IMG/VR virus record: IMGVR_UViG_3300025767_000018
Coordinates: 1 to 59,097 of that record
Direction: 5' to 3' (one strand)
Length of the DNA: 59,097 nucleotides
Origin: a virus
Taxonomy: Duplodnaviria; Caudoviricetes
Positions 58,609-59,097 of the stretch are shown here, piece after piece. A program made the translations under genes and the position numbers. The notes under the pieces were generated by a model. It saw nothing but the letters and a program-made list of their open reading frames with translations. It was not told where the DNA came from and ran no database searches. Position 1 is the stretch's first letter, and every line of letters begins with the position of its first letter.

Positions 58609-59097
58609 ATGTTGGACGCACTAAAAACACTTTTTGAAAACGATGCAGTTTCTGAAGAAGTACGTGCAGATATCGAAGGCGCATGGAATGCAAAGATTCA
58701 GGAAAACAAAATGCAGGCAACTGCTGAGTTACGTGAAGAATTTGCAAAGAAATACGAGCATGATAAATCAACTATGGTTGAAGCTATTGATGCTATGATT
58801 TCAGAGCGCCTTGCAGAGGAAATTGCTGAGTTTGCAGATGATCGCAAACAGCTAGCTGAAGCAAAAGCAAAGTACGGAGTAGCAATGCGTGAAAATGCAG
58901 ATCTACTAAAACGCTTTGTGGCTGAGTCATTAGTAAAGGAAGTTTCTGAATTGCATGAAGATCAAAAAGCAATTGCTAGCAAGTTTAGTATGCTCGAGAG
59001 TTTCATCGTTGATGCACTTGCAAACGAAATTGCAGAGTTCCACGAAGACAAAAAAGATTTAGCTGAAACTAAGGTAAAACTTATTAAAGAAGCTAAA
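58609..59097 (+). CDS. Prohead core scaffold gp22-like (partial, runs off window)
   Basis: AAGGAG SD; hand translation MLDALKTLFENDAVSEEVRADIEGAW..., Glu/Ala/Lys coiled coil; follows gp21. Confidence 0.8.
   Translation, partial: MLDALKTLFENDAVSEEVRADIEGAWNAKIQENKMQATAELREEFAKKYEHDKSTMVEAIDAMISERLAEEIAEFADDRKQLAEAKAKYGVAMRENADLLKRFVAESLVKEVSELHEDQKAIASKFSMLESFIVDALANEIAEFHEDKKDLAETKVKLIKEAK

Noticed and set aside
1-59097. Alternative genetic code (stop-codon reassignment), as in some jumbo phages
   Set aside because: Standard-code ORFs tile the window densely, including a 15.5-kb ORF, and TAA, TGA and TAG all end genes at sensible boundaries

Overview
AT-rich segment of a large T4-like (myovirus-type, probably jumbo) tailed phage genome, densely coding in the standard bacterial code. 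Minus strand 1-12.5 kb is a tightly overlapped sugar/modification operon behind a consensus sigma70 promoter: four GT-A glycosyltransferases in two paralogous pairs, a GT10-like enzyme, a UDP-glucose-type dehydrogenase, two radical SAM enzymes, a QueC-like ATPase, SGNH-like proteins and a methyltransferase-like protein with about 11 tandem helical repeats. Minus strand 12.6-44.8 kb is the tail fibre/baseplate module: three paralogous fibres, a 5155-aa modular baseplate protein, and gp6-, gp25-, gp5-, hub-, gp53- and tube-initiator-like genes. From 44.8 kb, mostly on the plus strand, come the gp55-like late sigma, gp47/gp46, a GIY-YIG nuclease, a tail chaperone, tape measure, portal gp20, acidic core protein, protease gp21 and a partial gp22-like scaffold. 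The most notable unexplained features are (1) a ~570-bp non-coding, heavily base-paired and probably pseudoknotted element directly after the GIY-YIG gene, (2) a probable -1 ribosomal frameshift in the tail-chaperone gene, (3) overlapping divergent sigma70/late promoters at the late-sigma gene, (4) apparent leaderless late genes, and (5) the repeat-methyltransferase and glycan island. All family calls rest on motif recognition by eye; no searches or folding programs were run.
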